The notes beneath the pieces were generated by a model. That model searched no databases and was not told where the DNA came from. It saw nothing but the letters and a program-made list of their open reading frames with translations. From a virus: a stretch of DNA of 64,000 nt. The stretch spans positions 32,001 through 96,000 of IMG/VR virus record IMGVR_UViG_3300021185_003853; one strand, given 5' to 3'. Below, one piece after another: positions 16,662 through 27,137 of the stretch (position 1 is its first letter; the number at the start of each line of letters is the position of its first letter). The position numbers and the translations under genes are program-made.

Positions 16662-18352
16662 TGGCAGGATTAAAACAATTTACACATTTTGTAGGATATG
16701 TAGTTGATCGTGAAGATGGTCAGAACTTAGGTCGTGTTAAAGTTAAAGCATTAGGATTCCATGATCTTGATTCAAAGGTTATATGTGCTGATGACTTACC
16801 TTGGGCACCTGTTGTTGATGGTACGTATGGCGCTGTATCAACTGTTCCATTAATAGGCGATTGGGTATTAGGTGCGTTTCTCGATGGTGCTGATGCTCAA
16901 CATCCTATTGTCTTGGGTTGTATCCCAGGCTATAACTCGCAGGCTCCTTCTGGAACGGAAACAAATGGAACCGAAGTTGCTGAATACGCAAATGATCCTA
17001 ATCTATTTGGTAAGTTTCCTTTACATCCTGTATTAGGTGGAGAAGGTGTTGATCAATTAGAAGGTTTATTATCTGCAGCGACTGCTACACGTAGAGATGA
17101 TAACGATTTAAAAGATTCAATTGAACGTAAGCATACAGAAGAAGTTGCGATGCGTCCGGAACGTGATCTTGATAATCGTGTGTTATCGTCTACGGATGAT
17201 CAGAACTATATCTTAATGACTGACTCAGATGGCGGACATATACAAATAGTTCATCATAAAGGTACTGTGATACAAATCAATGAAGAAGGCGATGTATTGA
17301 TTAAGACTCGTGGCGGTATGCAGAATATGGTTGATGGTGGCCTTGTTGAACAGATCGATGGCGACTACAATACAATGATTGGACAAGATTATACATTAAA
17401 AGTTGACAACAACGGAAAGATGTATTTCCGCAACGATCTTGACATTGAATGTGAGAACTTTAGTTTAACAGTGCGTGGCGATACATTAATTAATACGAAA
17501 GGCACACATGTACAGAAATCATTTGGTAACATGATGATTAACTCTGGCGATGATATGGATATAGTGTCTGAAAAGAAATTAAAAATTCAATCACTTGATC
17601 TCACAACAATACAATCTGATAATCATGGTATCTACTTATATGCAACGGGTGCGCAGAATAAGATTGATATGACATCAGGTTCGTTGAAAATGACTACAGA
17701 AATTAAACCGAATACTGCGATACCTGATTTCACGGAAGCGGATACGCATGAATTAGGCACTATCGATATACAAAGTGCGAACAATATGTTTATCGAAACG
17801 AAAGGAACTCCTGCAGATTCACCGCCTAGCACTGCAGAGACTGAGGACTCAGACGGTTACATAGACATTAAGTCATCAGGAGGCCTACGCTTAGAAACAA
17901 CGGGTGGAAATATTACAGCGATATCATCTAATGATACATTCATGACAACACAAGAGAATTTAAGTCTCACATCAGGGGGCATATCAGATATAGCGTCTGT
18001 AGGTAACATAGCTATAGCAACACCAGAACAAGTTCATGTTCGTGGCTCAACAACTTATATTGATGATATTGTTCGTATGGCAGAAGGTGGTGCTGATACA
18101 CATAATGCTGTTGATGGGCGAGTTAAACAAAATTTCCCTGCGTCTTCCACTGAAGCAATGATTAGTTCGCTTACACGTAAGAATGTCGATGATGAAGATG
18201 ATCTACAAAAGGCAAATGCAGCAGGTGGGTTAGCACCTATGCCGCCTGACAATCAGGGTGTGGGTGGATACAAGGTGCCTGATTCAATACCTATAATACC
18301 GAACCCGGGTAATACAAGTGGTTCACAAGGAGTAGCAGAAGAAGATGAGTAA
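16661..18352 (+). CDS. 5: Baseplate central spike gp5 (OB fold and beta-helix, no lysozyme domain)
   Basis: LGRVKVKALGFH, DLPWA, GDWVLGAFLDGADAQHPIVLG, HHKGT, then repetitive beta strands. Confidence 0.88.
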   Translation: MAGLKQFTHFVGYVVDREDGQNLGRVKVKALGFHDLDSKVICADDLPWAPVVDGTYGAVSTVPLIGDWVLGAFLDGADAQHPIVLGCIPGYNSQAPSGTETNGTEVAEYANDPNLFGKFPLHPVLGGEGVDQLEGLLSAATATRRDDNDLKDSIERKHTEEVAMRPERDLDNRVLSSTDDQNYILMTDSDGGHIQIVHHKGTVIQINEEGDVLIKTRGGMQNMVDGGLVEQIDGDYNTMIGQDYTLKVDNNGKMYFRNDLDIECENFSLTVRGDTLINTKGTHVQKSFGNMMINSGDDMDIVSEKKLKIQSLDLTTIQSDNHGIYLYATGAQNKIDMTSGSLKMTTEIKPNTAIPDFTEADTHELGTIDIQSANNMFIETKGTPADSPPSTAETEDSDGYIDIKSSGGLRLETTGGNITAISSNDTFMTTQENLSLTSGGISDIASVGNIAIATPEQVHVRGSTTYIDDIVRMAEGGADTHNAVDGRVKQNFPASSTEAMISSLTRKNVDDEDDLQKANAAGGLAPMPPDNQGVGGYKVPDSIPIIPNPGNTSGSQGVAEEDE

Positions 18353-20258
18353 TTGTCCAACTAGTTTACCATTAAGTCAATTAACTGATACTGATGAATT
18401 TAAAAATATTTTATCAGGCGAAGATCTATTAAACTTAACAGATCCCACAAAGCAATTGAATCAAGCATTGTTGTCTGTGACTACGGATACGATAAATGAT
18501 AAATTAAATGATCAGAAGACGAAGCAATCTCCATCCGCATATACGTTTGATCAGTTTGAAGATGACTATCCTACACTAGCTAAAAAGATACAAGACGATG
18601 ATATTAGTCTTGGTGAAGTCGCTATATTCGCAACTGAAACAGGTGCCACCCTGCAATCCCCCTTGAATAGTGCGTTTGACGATCCTGTAGATGGCGTTGA
18701 TACTGAAGGAGTAACGACTGGGGATACTATTAAGGCGGGGCAAGTATCATTAGATTTTCGTGCATGGACTCCAGGATCTTATCCTACGGCACAAATTGCT
18801 GGTGCATTAGCATTGTTAGATACATTCCTTGATGATAATATAGGGTCATCATTATCGGGGGGTCAATGTGCCGCCTTTGCTGCTTTGGGTAATTCTTTAC
18901 AAAGTTTATTACAATCTATGAAAGCAAAGGCAGATTCACTTGATAGCATACCTGGATTGGATCTTAAGAAGTTTACATTAAGTGAAATTTTATCAGGAGA
19001 AGTGATAAAGGTCAAGTTAAAATTAGAAATGATTGGTAAATTAATTAAGGATACTGTAGAGAAAGTTATTGAAAAGGTTAAGAATCAAGCAAAGTCACTC
19101 GTTGCTTCACTTAAAGATCTTCCTAATTCATTACAAGCACAGTTAAATAAGGCACAAGCGAAGGTTGCGGCATTCACATCTGACAAGAATAAGAACGGTG
19201 TGATGGATGGAATTGATAAAATGATTGCGAATGTTGGATCAATGTTCGAAAAATTAACCCCTGCTGTATTGGGTTTATTGTTGTTTCGTTTCTGTCAAGT
19301 AACAAGTGCTATACAAAATGCAAGTGAAACTCCTTTAAAATCATTGATGAATACAGTGAATGGCATTCAAGAAACACAAAAAATCATGAAGAGTGAGAGT
19401 GCAAAGGCAACAAAAACCGCTGTAGAGTCAGGTGCTAACCGCATGGATGCTGATGACGTTGAAAAACAAAAGGAAAAAGCGCAAACAGAAATGCGTGAAC
19501 GTAGTACGAAACTTGATGATCTCGTTGAAGGACACAAGTCTCTATACGGTGAAGGTGATGGTGTCGGTCAATTGAATACTGATAGAACGATTAATAATGA
19601 TTCATTAGTATACGATTTCATGAAGTCATATCCACGACCGAAGAGATCAAAGGATTTGCCTAAGGAATTAAGACCCTATGTTTCTAAGCTAGGTAACGAT
19701 ACATCTATTACTGGCGGTATTGGACCCATCAAATTTAAGGGAGGATCACAGATTGCGACTACACAATTACGTAAGAATGGTGATGATACTGGTGCTCCGG
19801 GCCCGGGTTGGACTCTAGTACAAACGAAACTATGGGTACAGATACTAGATATGGCAAATCAATTAGATGAAGATATACTTGTAATCAAAGGGTTCGATTA
19901 TGAATCTAAATCTAAATATCGTAAGAAAGGACAAATAGTAACTATAGAATTACCCTCTGATGATATAACTACACAATTAAGATATCTTATTGCCGCTTCC
20001 CGTGCAGGACTTAAAGGAATTCTTCTAGGCACGAACCCAGGAAGAATTACTGTAGGTAATTCTGCTCGTGGTGGATGGTTAAGTAAAACTTTACAAAAAG
20101 AATATGATGATTTATTTAAAGGTGCTACTGCGGATGAACGTGTTGAGTCATTCACTGCAGGAAAGGATAATACATCTATATTCGCATTAAGAAGTGCTTT
20201 AAAAGATCATAAGCGTGATGCATGGTATCCTAGAGTTGCCGTCAAGAATGATAAATAA
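18345..20258 (+). CDS. Baseplate-associated coiled-coil protein with possible degenerate peptidase M15-like C-terminal domain
   Basis: Between 5 and 25; helical middle region; C-terminal pattern resembles M15A without the zinc ligands. Confidence 0.5.
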   Translation: MSNCPTSLPLSQLTDTDEFKNILSGEDLLNLTDPTKQLNQALLSVTTDTINDKLNDQKTKQSPSAYTFDQFEDDYPTLAKKIQDDDISLGEVAIFATETGATLQSPLNSAFDDPVDGVDTEGVTTGDTIKAGQVSLDFRAWTPGSYPTAQIAGALALLDTFLDDNIGSSLSGGQCAAFAALGNSLQSLLQSMKAKADSLDSIPGLDLKKFTLSEILSGEVIKVKLKLEMIGKLIKDTVEKVIEKVKNQAKSLVASLKDLPNSLQAQLNKAQAKVAAFTSDKNKNGVMDGIDKMIANVGSMFEKLTPAVLGLLLFRFCQVTSAIQNASETPLKSLMNTVNGIQETQKIMKSESAKATKTAVESGANRMDADDVEKQKEKAQTEMRERSTKLDDLVEGHKSLYGEGDGVGQLNTDRTINNDSLVYDFMKSYPRPKRSKDLPKELRPYVSKLGNDTSITGGIGPIKFKGGSQIATTQLRKNGDDTGAPGPGWTLVQTKLWVQILDMANQLDEDILVIKGFDYESKSKYRKKGQIVTIELPSDDITTQLRYLIAASRAGLKGILLGTNPGRITVGNSARGGWLSKTLQKEYDDLFKGATADERVESFTAGKDNTSIFALRSALKDHKRDAWYPRVAVKNDK

Positions 20259-20281
20259 TATATAAACCCAGGAATAAGTAA

Positions 20282-20689
20282 ATGGCATTAACACCTAACA
20301 GTATATCACGAATAGTGGCAGCGGATTTTCATAAGGACATGACGATTGTTCCTGGGAAAGAAGATTTAGCACGTAAGATGAATGAGCAAGCAGTTAAAGA
20401 ATCTATACGCAATATAGTATTAACGAATAAAGGAGAGCGTCCGTTTCAACCTGAGTTGGGTTGTAATGTACGTAAGATGTTATTTGATAATGCAACACCT
20501 CAAACATTTGACTTAGTTGAAACTGTGATATATGATGCTATTGATCTATATGAACCCCGATGTGAATTAATAGGGGTTGACGTAACGGGTGATATAGATA
20601 GCAATGCGATTAATATATCGATTGTGTTTCGATTGATAAATACTGATACTCCAACTAAGTTTAACATAATCCTCGACAGGGTAAGATAA
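20282..20689 (+). CDS. 25: Baseplate wedge/sheath initiator gp25
   Basis: NEQAVKESIRNIVLTNKGERPFQPELG, YEPR. Confidence 0.93.
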   Translation: MALTPNSISRIVAADFHKDMTIVPGKEDLARKMNEQAVKESIRNIVLTNKGERPFQPELGCNVRKMLFDNATPQTFDLVETVIYDAIDLYEPRCELIGVDVTGDIDSNAINISIVFRLINTDTPTKFNIILDRVR

Positions 20690-20692
20690 GAA

Positions 20693-22447
20693 ATGGCAAA
20701 GATTGCACCATATAATAAACTTGATTTCACACAAATTAAAGCGAACCTACTCGCTCATTTACAGAATCAAGATCAATTCAAGGGATTCGATTTCGAAGGA
20801 TCGAACATGAATGTGCTAGTTGATTTACTAGCGTATAACACATATAGTAATATGACTTATTATAATATGACGTTAGGAGAAACATTCCTCGATTCCGCAC
20901 AGTTAAAAAACAGTGTTGTATCTCATGCAAAAGAATTAAATTATTTACCACGTTCTAGACGTTCAGCAGGGGCATTATTATCATTACGTATTACTGCATC
21001 TCAGGCAGGTAATACATTTACAATACCTCGTGGAACATCTTTCCTAGGTAGATGTGGTAATGTGTCATATAATTTTATCACAAATAAGACATATAATGCA
21101 ACTCGTGAAGGACAAACTGCCAACGTATTTGTAGCGAATGATGTTGCTGTATTTGAAGGTCGTACTATAGTTGAAGTGCTTGATTATCAGAATACTGTAT
21201 TATCTAATTCGTTTATTGATACACGATCTATTCGTTTGTTTGTAAACGGTGAAGAGTATAGATACGCTACAGGTATATTCGGAGTTGTTGAGAATGATAA
21301 AGTATTCTATTTACAACCAGAGTTAAATGATAAGTATTCGATACAATTTGGTCAAACATTATTCGGGTATCAACCAACTGCAACCGATGTGATAGAAGTT
21401 CAGTATCGTGTATGTTCTGGGACTCAATCAAATGGTGTGAAAGCGTTTTCTGTTGATGCGGGAGCAATAGGAGCAACTAGCGTGATTGCGACTCCTGTTG
21501 GAAACTCGATAGGCGGCGCAGATGCTGAATCAGTGGAATCGGTAAGGGAGTTTGCCCCTAAGGCGTTTCAGGTTCAGGATCGTGCTGTGACTGCCAACGA
21601 TTACGAAGTTTTGCTTAAGACACAGTTTCCCGAAATAGAAAACATTAGTGTGTTTGGTGGTGATGAAGCAACGCCTCCTCAATATGGTCGTGTGATTGTT
21701 GCGGTTGATGTACAGGGTCGTGATGGTGCTGCTGCAACTGAAATGGCATTATATAAAGATTATATTAAGAGTAAGAGTCCGTTAGCAATCGAACCAATTT
21801 TTCAAGAAGCAAAATTCTTATATGCTAAAACGAATGTCGTAGTATCTTTTGATCGTAATAATATTCTTACATCTGTTGCGGGATTAGAAGCATTAGTTCG
21901 TGATGCATTGACTACGTATTCAAGTACAAATTTAAATAAGTTTGGTGCGACATTAGGTTCATCTGATTTAAGTTATTCATTATCATTAGCAAATGAAGCA
22001 ATCACATCTGTATCAGTAACAACAGATCCTATTATTGATTATAAACCTGTATTGAATGCAAATGAAAGTCCTACGTTTAACTTTAATCAAGAGTTATTAA
22101 AACCTTATCCATATAACGACACTAGTGGATTAACAGATTACAAACCATGTATTTCATCTACACGATTCACGATTGATAATACAATTGTTGAATTACAGGA
22201 TGATGGTAATGGTGTTATACAAGCGATTGTATCTAGTGATGCATTACGTTCTGTGTATAAGAAAAACTTAGGTACCGTGAATTATGATACAGGCGAAATC
22301 ATTTTGAAGGATTTACGCATACGTAATTTTGAAGGTGCCGCAATTCAAATTACTGTTAAGACAAAAACTCGTGACTTTACATCACCGAAGGATCGTATCT
22401 TTAGAATAAGACAAAGTGATACTACAGTAACAACAAGGGCAGTTTAA
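20693..22447 (+). CDS. 6: Baseplate wedge gp6
   Basis: LDFTQIK, DFEGSNMNVLVDLLAYNT, FLDSA, QDRAVTANDY, PPQYGRV, GTVNYDTG. Confidence 0.93.
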   Translation: MAKIAPYNKLDFTQIKANLLAHLQNQDQFKGFDFEGSNMNVLVDLLAYNTYSNMTYYNMTLGETFLDSAQLKNSVVSHAKELNYLPRSRRSAGALLSLRITASQAGNTFTIPRGTSFLGRCGNVSYNFITNKTYNATREGQTANVFVANDVAVFEGRTIVEVLDYQNTVLSNSFIDTRSIRLFVNGEEYRYATGIFGVVENDKVFYLQPELNDKYSIQFGQTLFGYQPTATDVIEVQYRVCSGTQSNGVKAFSVDAGAIGATSVIATPVGNSIGGADAESVESVREFAPKAFQVQDRAVTANDYEVLLKTQFPEIENISVFGGDEATPPQYGRVIVAVDVQGRDGAAATEMALYKDYIKSKSPLAIEPIFQEAKFLYAKTNVVVSFDRNNILTSVAGLEALVRDALTTYSSTNLNKFGATLGSSDLSYSLSLANEAITSVSVTTDPIIDYKPVLNANESPTFNFNQELLKPYPYNDTSGLTDYKPCISSTRFTIDNTIVELQDDGNGVIQAIVSSDALRSVYKKNLGTVNYDTGEIILKDLRIRNFEGAAIQITVKTKTRDFTSPKDRIFRIRQSDTTVTTRAV

Positions 22448-25419
22448 TGCAATACAGACCATCAACGATAGCGCCGACTATACCCGAGCAGTTCCCAGAT
22501 CACTATCGTGAAGATGGTCCTGATCTTGTTGAGTTCGTTAAACAGTATTATGAATATCTTGACGAAACAAATGATCGAAACTTTGCAGGATTACGTGACA
22601 TTGATTCGACATTAGAAAGTTTCCTAAAGTATTATAAGAACAAATATTTACACAATCTTCCTTTTGTAAATAAAGCACTTGAGGATATACCTTTCCTTGT
22701 TAAAAACATTGGCGATTTATATCGCAGTAAAGGTACGTCAGAAGCACTCGAACTGTTATTCAAAATGTTCTACAAAACGGAAGTTGAAACATACTTTCCG
22801 GCGTCTTCTATTCTGTCATTGTCTGATTCGAAATGGGCATTCTCTACATTCATTGAGTTCCTTCCTGTACAGGATGTATCAATCTTCCCTGTGAAGAAAG
22901 GAGATAGAATTGAAGGTGATACATCAAAAGCAACCGCATTCGTTGACGAAATTGTATTTTATAATATTGATGGTGTACTAGTTCCTGTAACGTACATATC
23001 AAACGTATACGGAAAGTTCACAAACGATGACGGATTACGTATAGAAAGAGATGGTGTTGTTACATATCCTGGTAAATTGATATACGGATCTATTGAATCG
23101 ACAACTGTATTAACTAGAGATGCAACAGCAAATAATGTAGTAGGTAACAAATTAAAAATTGTTTCAAGCAGAACAGGTGTTGATGGCGAAGCAACAGTTC
23201 GAACAGTATCCGATATTCCAACGGGTGTTGTTGATTGGCAATTATTGGATAGTGGTTGGGGATATGCAGTTCCTGAAGGATCAACACAGAGTGGGAGTAA
23301 TTATACAGTAGGTCCTAACTCAGTTGATACAGAAAACGAAATATTGACATCGACACAAGTATTGATTGTTGCAGGAGATGAAGTACCTGATCTTGTTCCT
23401 GGTACAACTGTCATCGCCATCAATACACCTGTAAACGAAGTTTCAAATGGATCATCAACACCAGTAGCAAATAAGCGATTTGATGGTATTGGAAAAGTTA
23501 TCGCATACGAACATCCAATCATTTATGTGTACGCATTTCCCGAATCGACAACAACTGATTTCGCAGATGGTGCATTTGTCGTAAGAAATACTGTTACAGG
23601 TCTTGAAGAGGATTGGCCTTTTGCCCCAGCCGTCATTAATCCAAGAGCACAGGTTCAGGTCGGTGGTGTAGGTACGGTTGAAATATCATCGATGACACGA
23701 TATAATGATTCAGCATCATTTTCGTTTGAAAAGTTTTCGAATGCCGAAACAGTATCATTCCTAGATGACATTATAAGTTTCTTTCTTTCGAAGCCGCTAG
23801 ATGCATTTAATTATAATATGGGCGGGAGAATTAATCCTAATAATAAAGATACTAAAATTCAAGATGCCCTGGGTGTAACGACAACGACTATTGGATCAAT
23901 CGATGAGATCAGAGTCGAAAGTTCGGGTGATAGTTATAAGAACAATGTGAGAACACGATTACGAAACCCAACAATCTTTCCTCACGATTTAGGATTGATT
24001 GGATTGACATTTGATGTGACTAACTTCATCATTCAAGAAGGCGACATAATTGAACAAGATATTCAAATTGAAGATTTGACACGAGACAGCGAAGGTGCGT
24101 TTATAAACTCTGGTCAACAAATAACACATACGACAAGAGGACGATTTGTTCGTAGGGAAGGAAACATTTTCTATTTCCAACCATTAAGTTATTATCCCTT
24201 TAGTATTGATGGCACATCAATTACATTCAAGGGTAGAGCATTGACCGTAGAATCAGTATCTAGATTACCAGAAAATACTGCTGGCGGTAATGCTGTCGTT
24301 GAAGGTGAGGCAGAATATTTGTCAGGACAGATAACAGAAATTGATATTGCAAGATCAGGTTTCAGATATACGTCAGGTGAAACTGTTGACTTAGTTGGCA
24401 ACGATGAGGATGATGAAGACAAATATCAACAAATAGTTGCCAAGGCAAAAATTGATGTTGGGGGAATGGGAGAAACGGCAGGTAACTGGGTAACTACAAC
24501 GTCACACCTTTCTGATAACAATAGATTCATTCACGATAATTATTATTATCAACAATATTCATATGATGTATCGACTATACTAGATCCTCCGGTGTATGAA
24601 AAAACAGTAAAAGATATAACGCATGTTGCAGGGACTAAGTTATTCGGCACACCTCTGATTGCTACGATTGATGATATTCGCCCAGAAATTGATGCGAGTG
24701 TTGGTCAGACAGAAACAATATTAAAAATTATTGTTGCACGACTCGAGGTAATTACTAACGCAATTTATGAAGTGTTAATCATAAATACTCAAGGTACTAC
24801 TTTGCAATCTAGAGCGCCGCTATTGTATGATGTTATTCGTGAGGATGACCCTTCAGGCATACCTTATGCCACTCTTGACCCAGATGGGTTAACTGGATTA
24901 ACTCAAATTCAACTTTTAACTTTGTGGAACCTCAGCACTTTAACTTCAACTGGATATCCTGAGGTTGATGCCCGACTAGATGCACTGTCTGATCATATAA
25001 CCGACAATGTATTGTCTGTTGAAAATGGGTTTCAAGGTGTTTATGGATACGCAGTACAGTTGTTTAATTACGACTATTCGCTTGTTGAACCTAGCGATGA
25101 TTATCCTGATGGATTCTCTCCGTTAATGTTAGAAGCGGATACAACAGATCCTAGCGCATATGAAACACTTACACAAATTACTGTTGGCCCAGGAGATTTT
25201 GTCGTAGGAACAACTTACCAGATTGTTGATCTCGGAAATCTTGCAGGCAGTAGTCCACAATGGAATGATGCTGCGGATACAGGAGCACAAACTTATTCGC
25301 AAGGATCAGTATTTAGAGCAAATAATGACGGATCTTTATTGACAAATGCGGTTGTTATTCCTGCACTCATGGCATCAATTGTCGAAACAGGTACTGATAC
25401 AGTAGTCGGATTTGATTAA
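22447..25419 (+). CDS. 7: Baseplate wedge gp7-like protein
   Basis: FVKQYYEYL, LVKNIGDLYRSKGT..LELLFKMFY, IHDNYYYQQYSY, HVAGTKLFG; located between 6 and 8. Confidence 0.75.
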   Translation: MQYRPSTIAPTIPEQFPDHYREDGPDLVEFVKQYYEYLDETNDRNFAGLRDIDSTLESFLKYYKNKYLHNLPFVNKALEDIPFLVKNIGDLYRSKGTSEALELLFKMFYKTEVETYFPASSILSLSDSKWAFSTFIEFLPVQDVSIFPVKKGDRIEGDTSKATAFVDEIVFYNIDGVLVPVTYISNVYGKFTNDDGLRIERDGVVTYPGKLIYGSIESTTVLTRDATANNVVGNKLKIVSSRTGVDGEATVRTVSDIPTGVVDWQLLDSGWGYAVPEGSTQSGSNYTVGPNSVDTENEILTSTQVLIVAGDEVPDLVPGTTVIAINTPVNEVSNGSSTPVANKRFDGIGKVIAYEHPIIYVYAFPESTTTDFADGAFVVRNTVTGLEEDWPFAPAVINPRAQVQVGGVGTVEISSMTRYNDSASFSFEKFSNAETVSFLDDIISFFLSKPLDAFNYNMGGRINPNNKDTKIQDALGVTTTTIGSIDEIRVESSGDSYKNNVRTRLRNPTIFPHDLGLIGLTFDVTNFIIQEGDIIEQDIQIEDLTRDSEGAFINSGQQITHTTRGRFVRREGNIFYFQPLSYYPFSIDGTSITFKGRALTVESVSRLPENTAGGNAVVEGEAEYLSGQITEIDIARSGFRYTSGETVDLVGNDEDDEDKYQQIVAKAKIDVGGMGETAGNWVTTTSHLSDNNRFIHDNYYYQQYSYDVSTILDPPVYEKTVKDITHVAGTKLFGTPLIATIDDIRPEIDASVGQTETILKIIVARLEVITNAIYEVLIINTQGTTLQSRAPLLYDVIREDDPSGIPYATLDPDGLTGLTQIQLLTLWNLSTLTSTGYPEVDARLDALSDHITDNVLSVENGFQGVYGYAVQLFNYDYSLVEPSDDYPDGFSPLMLEADTTDPSAYETLTQITVGPGDFVVGTTYQIVDLGNLAGSSPQWNDAADTGAQTYSQGSVFRANNDGSLLTNAVVIPALMASIVETGTDTVVGFD

Positions 25420-25424
25420 TAGTA

Positions 25425-25432
25425 TATAAATA
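25425..25432 (+). promoter_or_regulatory. T4 late promoter
   Basis: Intergenic TATAAATA before gene 8. Confidence 0.85.
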
Positions 25433-25458
25433 AAACAAACACTTAGGAAAACTTTTAC

Positions 25459-27120
25459 ATGGCAAAGGTTGTAACTGAAAATTTTAGAGTTGAATCAACA
25501 AATGAGTTCGTAGATTCATTTGCGAACGCTAACGGCAATAATTATTACATTATGGCATCTTCAGTTAGTGAAGATTCAACCATCGCTAACACTCAAAAAG
25601 ATATTAGAGAGTTTCAGCGTAAAGTGGTGTTCGGCAATAAGATTGACTCGAGCAATGTTAGATACATGTTTAACATTAAACCATGGGTGACAGGAACTGT
25701 ATATGACATATTCGATGATACTCAAGACATGAGTACAAAGAATTTTTACGTGACCGTTCTCGATGGCACAATCAACGAAACATCATATAAGGTTTACAAG
25801 TGCTTGAGAAACAATAACAATTCGCCTTCTGTCGATACGCCTCCTACTGCTGAGTTAGAGTCTGGGTATGAGGTAACGTCAGGTGACGGATATGTATGGA
25901 AATATTTGTTCGATGTGCCTCCTGCGCAATACTTATTGTTTGGCACATCAAAATTCTTACCCTTTATTCCTAACTCTGCTGTTACTGCTGCTGCAACACA
26001 AAGTATTAGTGATATTTTGATAACTGATGTCGATGCTGGCGCATTTAAACCATACCTCATAGGAGAAGATGGTACGCCCACAAAAGCAACAATTGCATCA
26101 GTATCTTCGGACATTATTGTTGATCAATATCAATTACAGTTAACGTGTTCTAGGGTGCCGAAAAATGCGACAAACGCTTACACTAACATGTATGTGAGAA
26201 CTACCTCTGGACACATATTTGATATTGTCGAAAGTTCCATACCTGCTAATGTTGATTCAACAACAAACAAAACTCTTAACATATTTGTTAAGACGCCGAT
26301 AAATCTAAATAATGAAGCTGGGTTATCAGGCGGTGCTTGTTTTATTGTTCCTAAAGTTTATATAACTGAACCTGACGACTCGACAGGAACTCAGGCCATT
26401 GCGTATGGCGTATTAAGCAATGAGGGTACATTGACGTCTATTAACTTTAAGACAAAAGGCTCAGGTTATACATTTGCGAGCGCAGAAATTAAGGCGCCAC
26501 CTGCAGTGCAGTTTTCAGATACATCTGTTAGAACTATTGTATCGCCGTCAGGTGGACACGGATCAGATCCTGTGCATGAATTGTTTATGAGTAAAGTAGG
26601 AACGGTTACTAGTTTCGTTACTGATACAAATACAAGCATTCCTGATTCAAATCAATATACAAAAATAGGTCTTGTCAAAAATCCTACATTCAGAGATGAC
26701 ACATATCCTGCTGATTTTGATAACAGGGTGCTGGTTTCTATAGACGAAGCATTGGACGCATCACAGGTTGTTGTCGGCAGTATTGTTAAGCAAGCGTCAT
26801 CTTATGATATTGACGGAAATCCTATAGGCACAGAGGTTGTTGGGACTGTTCATGAAATTATCACATCTCACAATAATCAAACAGGTTTATATATTGTTGA
26901 TAATGTTGGCGCATATAATAAAGAATTTGAGGCAGGCGCCTTTCAAATATTTGCCGTCGAAGGAGATGCAAACACATCCTATCAAGGCGCCATAAACACT
27001 GTTAGCACACGACATAAATATAATAAGTATTCCGGAGAAGTAATGCACTTTGTTGACTTTGATCCGATCACACGAACCGCTACATCTAAAGAAAAAGTAA
27101 AACTTATTTTCGACTTTTAG
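25459..27120 (+). CDS. 8: Baseplate wedge gp8-like protein
   Basis: WVTGTVYD, YKVYKCL.NN, DGYVWKYLF, SPSGGHGSDPVHEL, IGLVKNP, EKVKLIFDF. Confidence 0.85.
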   Translation: MAKVVTENFRVESTNEFVDSFANANGNNYYIMASSVSEDSTIANTQKDIREFQRKVVFGNKIDSSNVRYMFNIKPWVTGTVYDIFDDTQDMSTKNFYVTVLDGTINETSYKVYKCLRNNNNSPSVDTPPTAELESGYEVTSGDGYVWKYLFDVPPAQYLLFGTSKFLPFIPNSAVTAAATQSISDILITDVDAGAFKPYLIGEDGTPTKATIASVSSDIIVDQYQLQLTCSRVPKNATNAYTNMYVRTTSGHIFDIVESSIPANVDSTTNKTLNIFVKTPINLNNEAGLSGGACFIVPKVYITEPDDSTGTQAIAYGVLSNEGTLTSINFKTKGSGYTFASAEIKAPPAVQFSDTSVRTIVSPSGGHGSDPVHELFMSKVGTVTSFVTDTNTSIPDSNQYTKIGLVKNPTFRDDTYPADFDNRVLVSIDEALDASQVVVGSIVKQASSYDIDGNPIGTEVVGTVHEIITSHNNQTGLYIVDNVGAYNKEFEAGAFQIFAVEGDANTSYQGAINTVSTRHKYNKYSGEVMHFVDFDPITRTATSKEKVKLIFDF

Positions 27121-27137
27121 AGGAAAGAGTAAACTAA

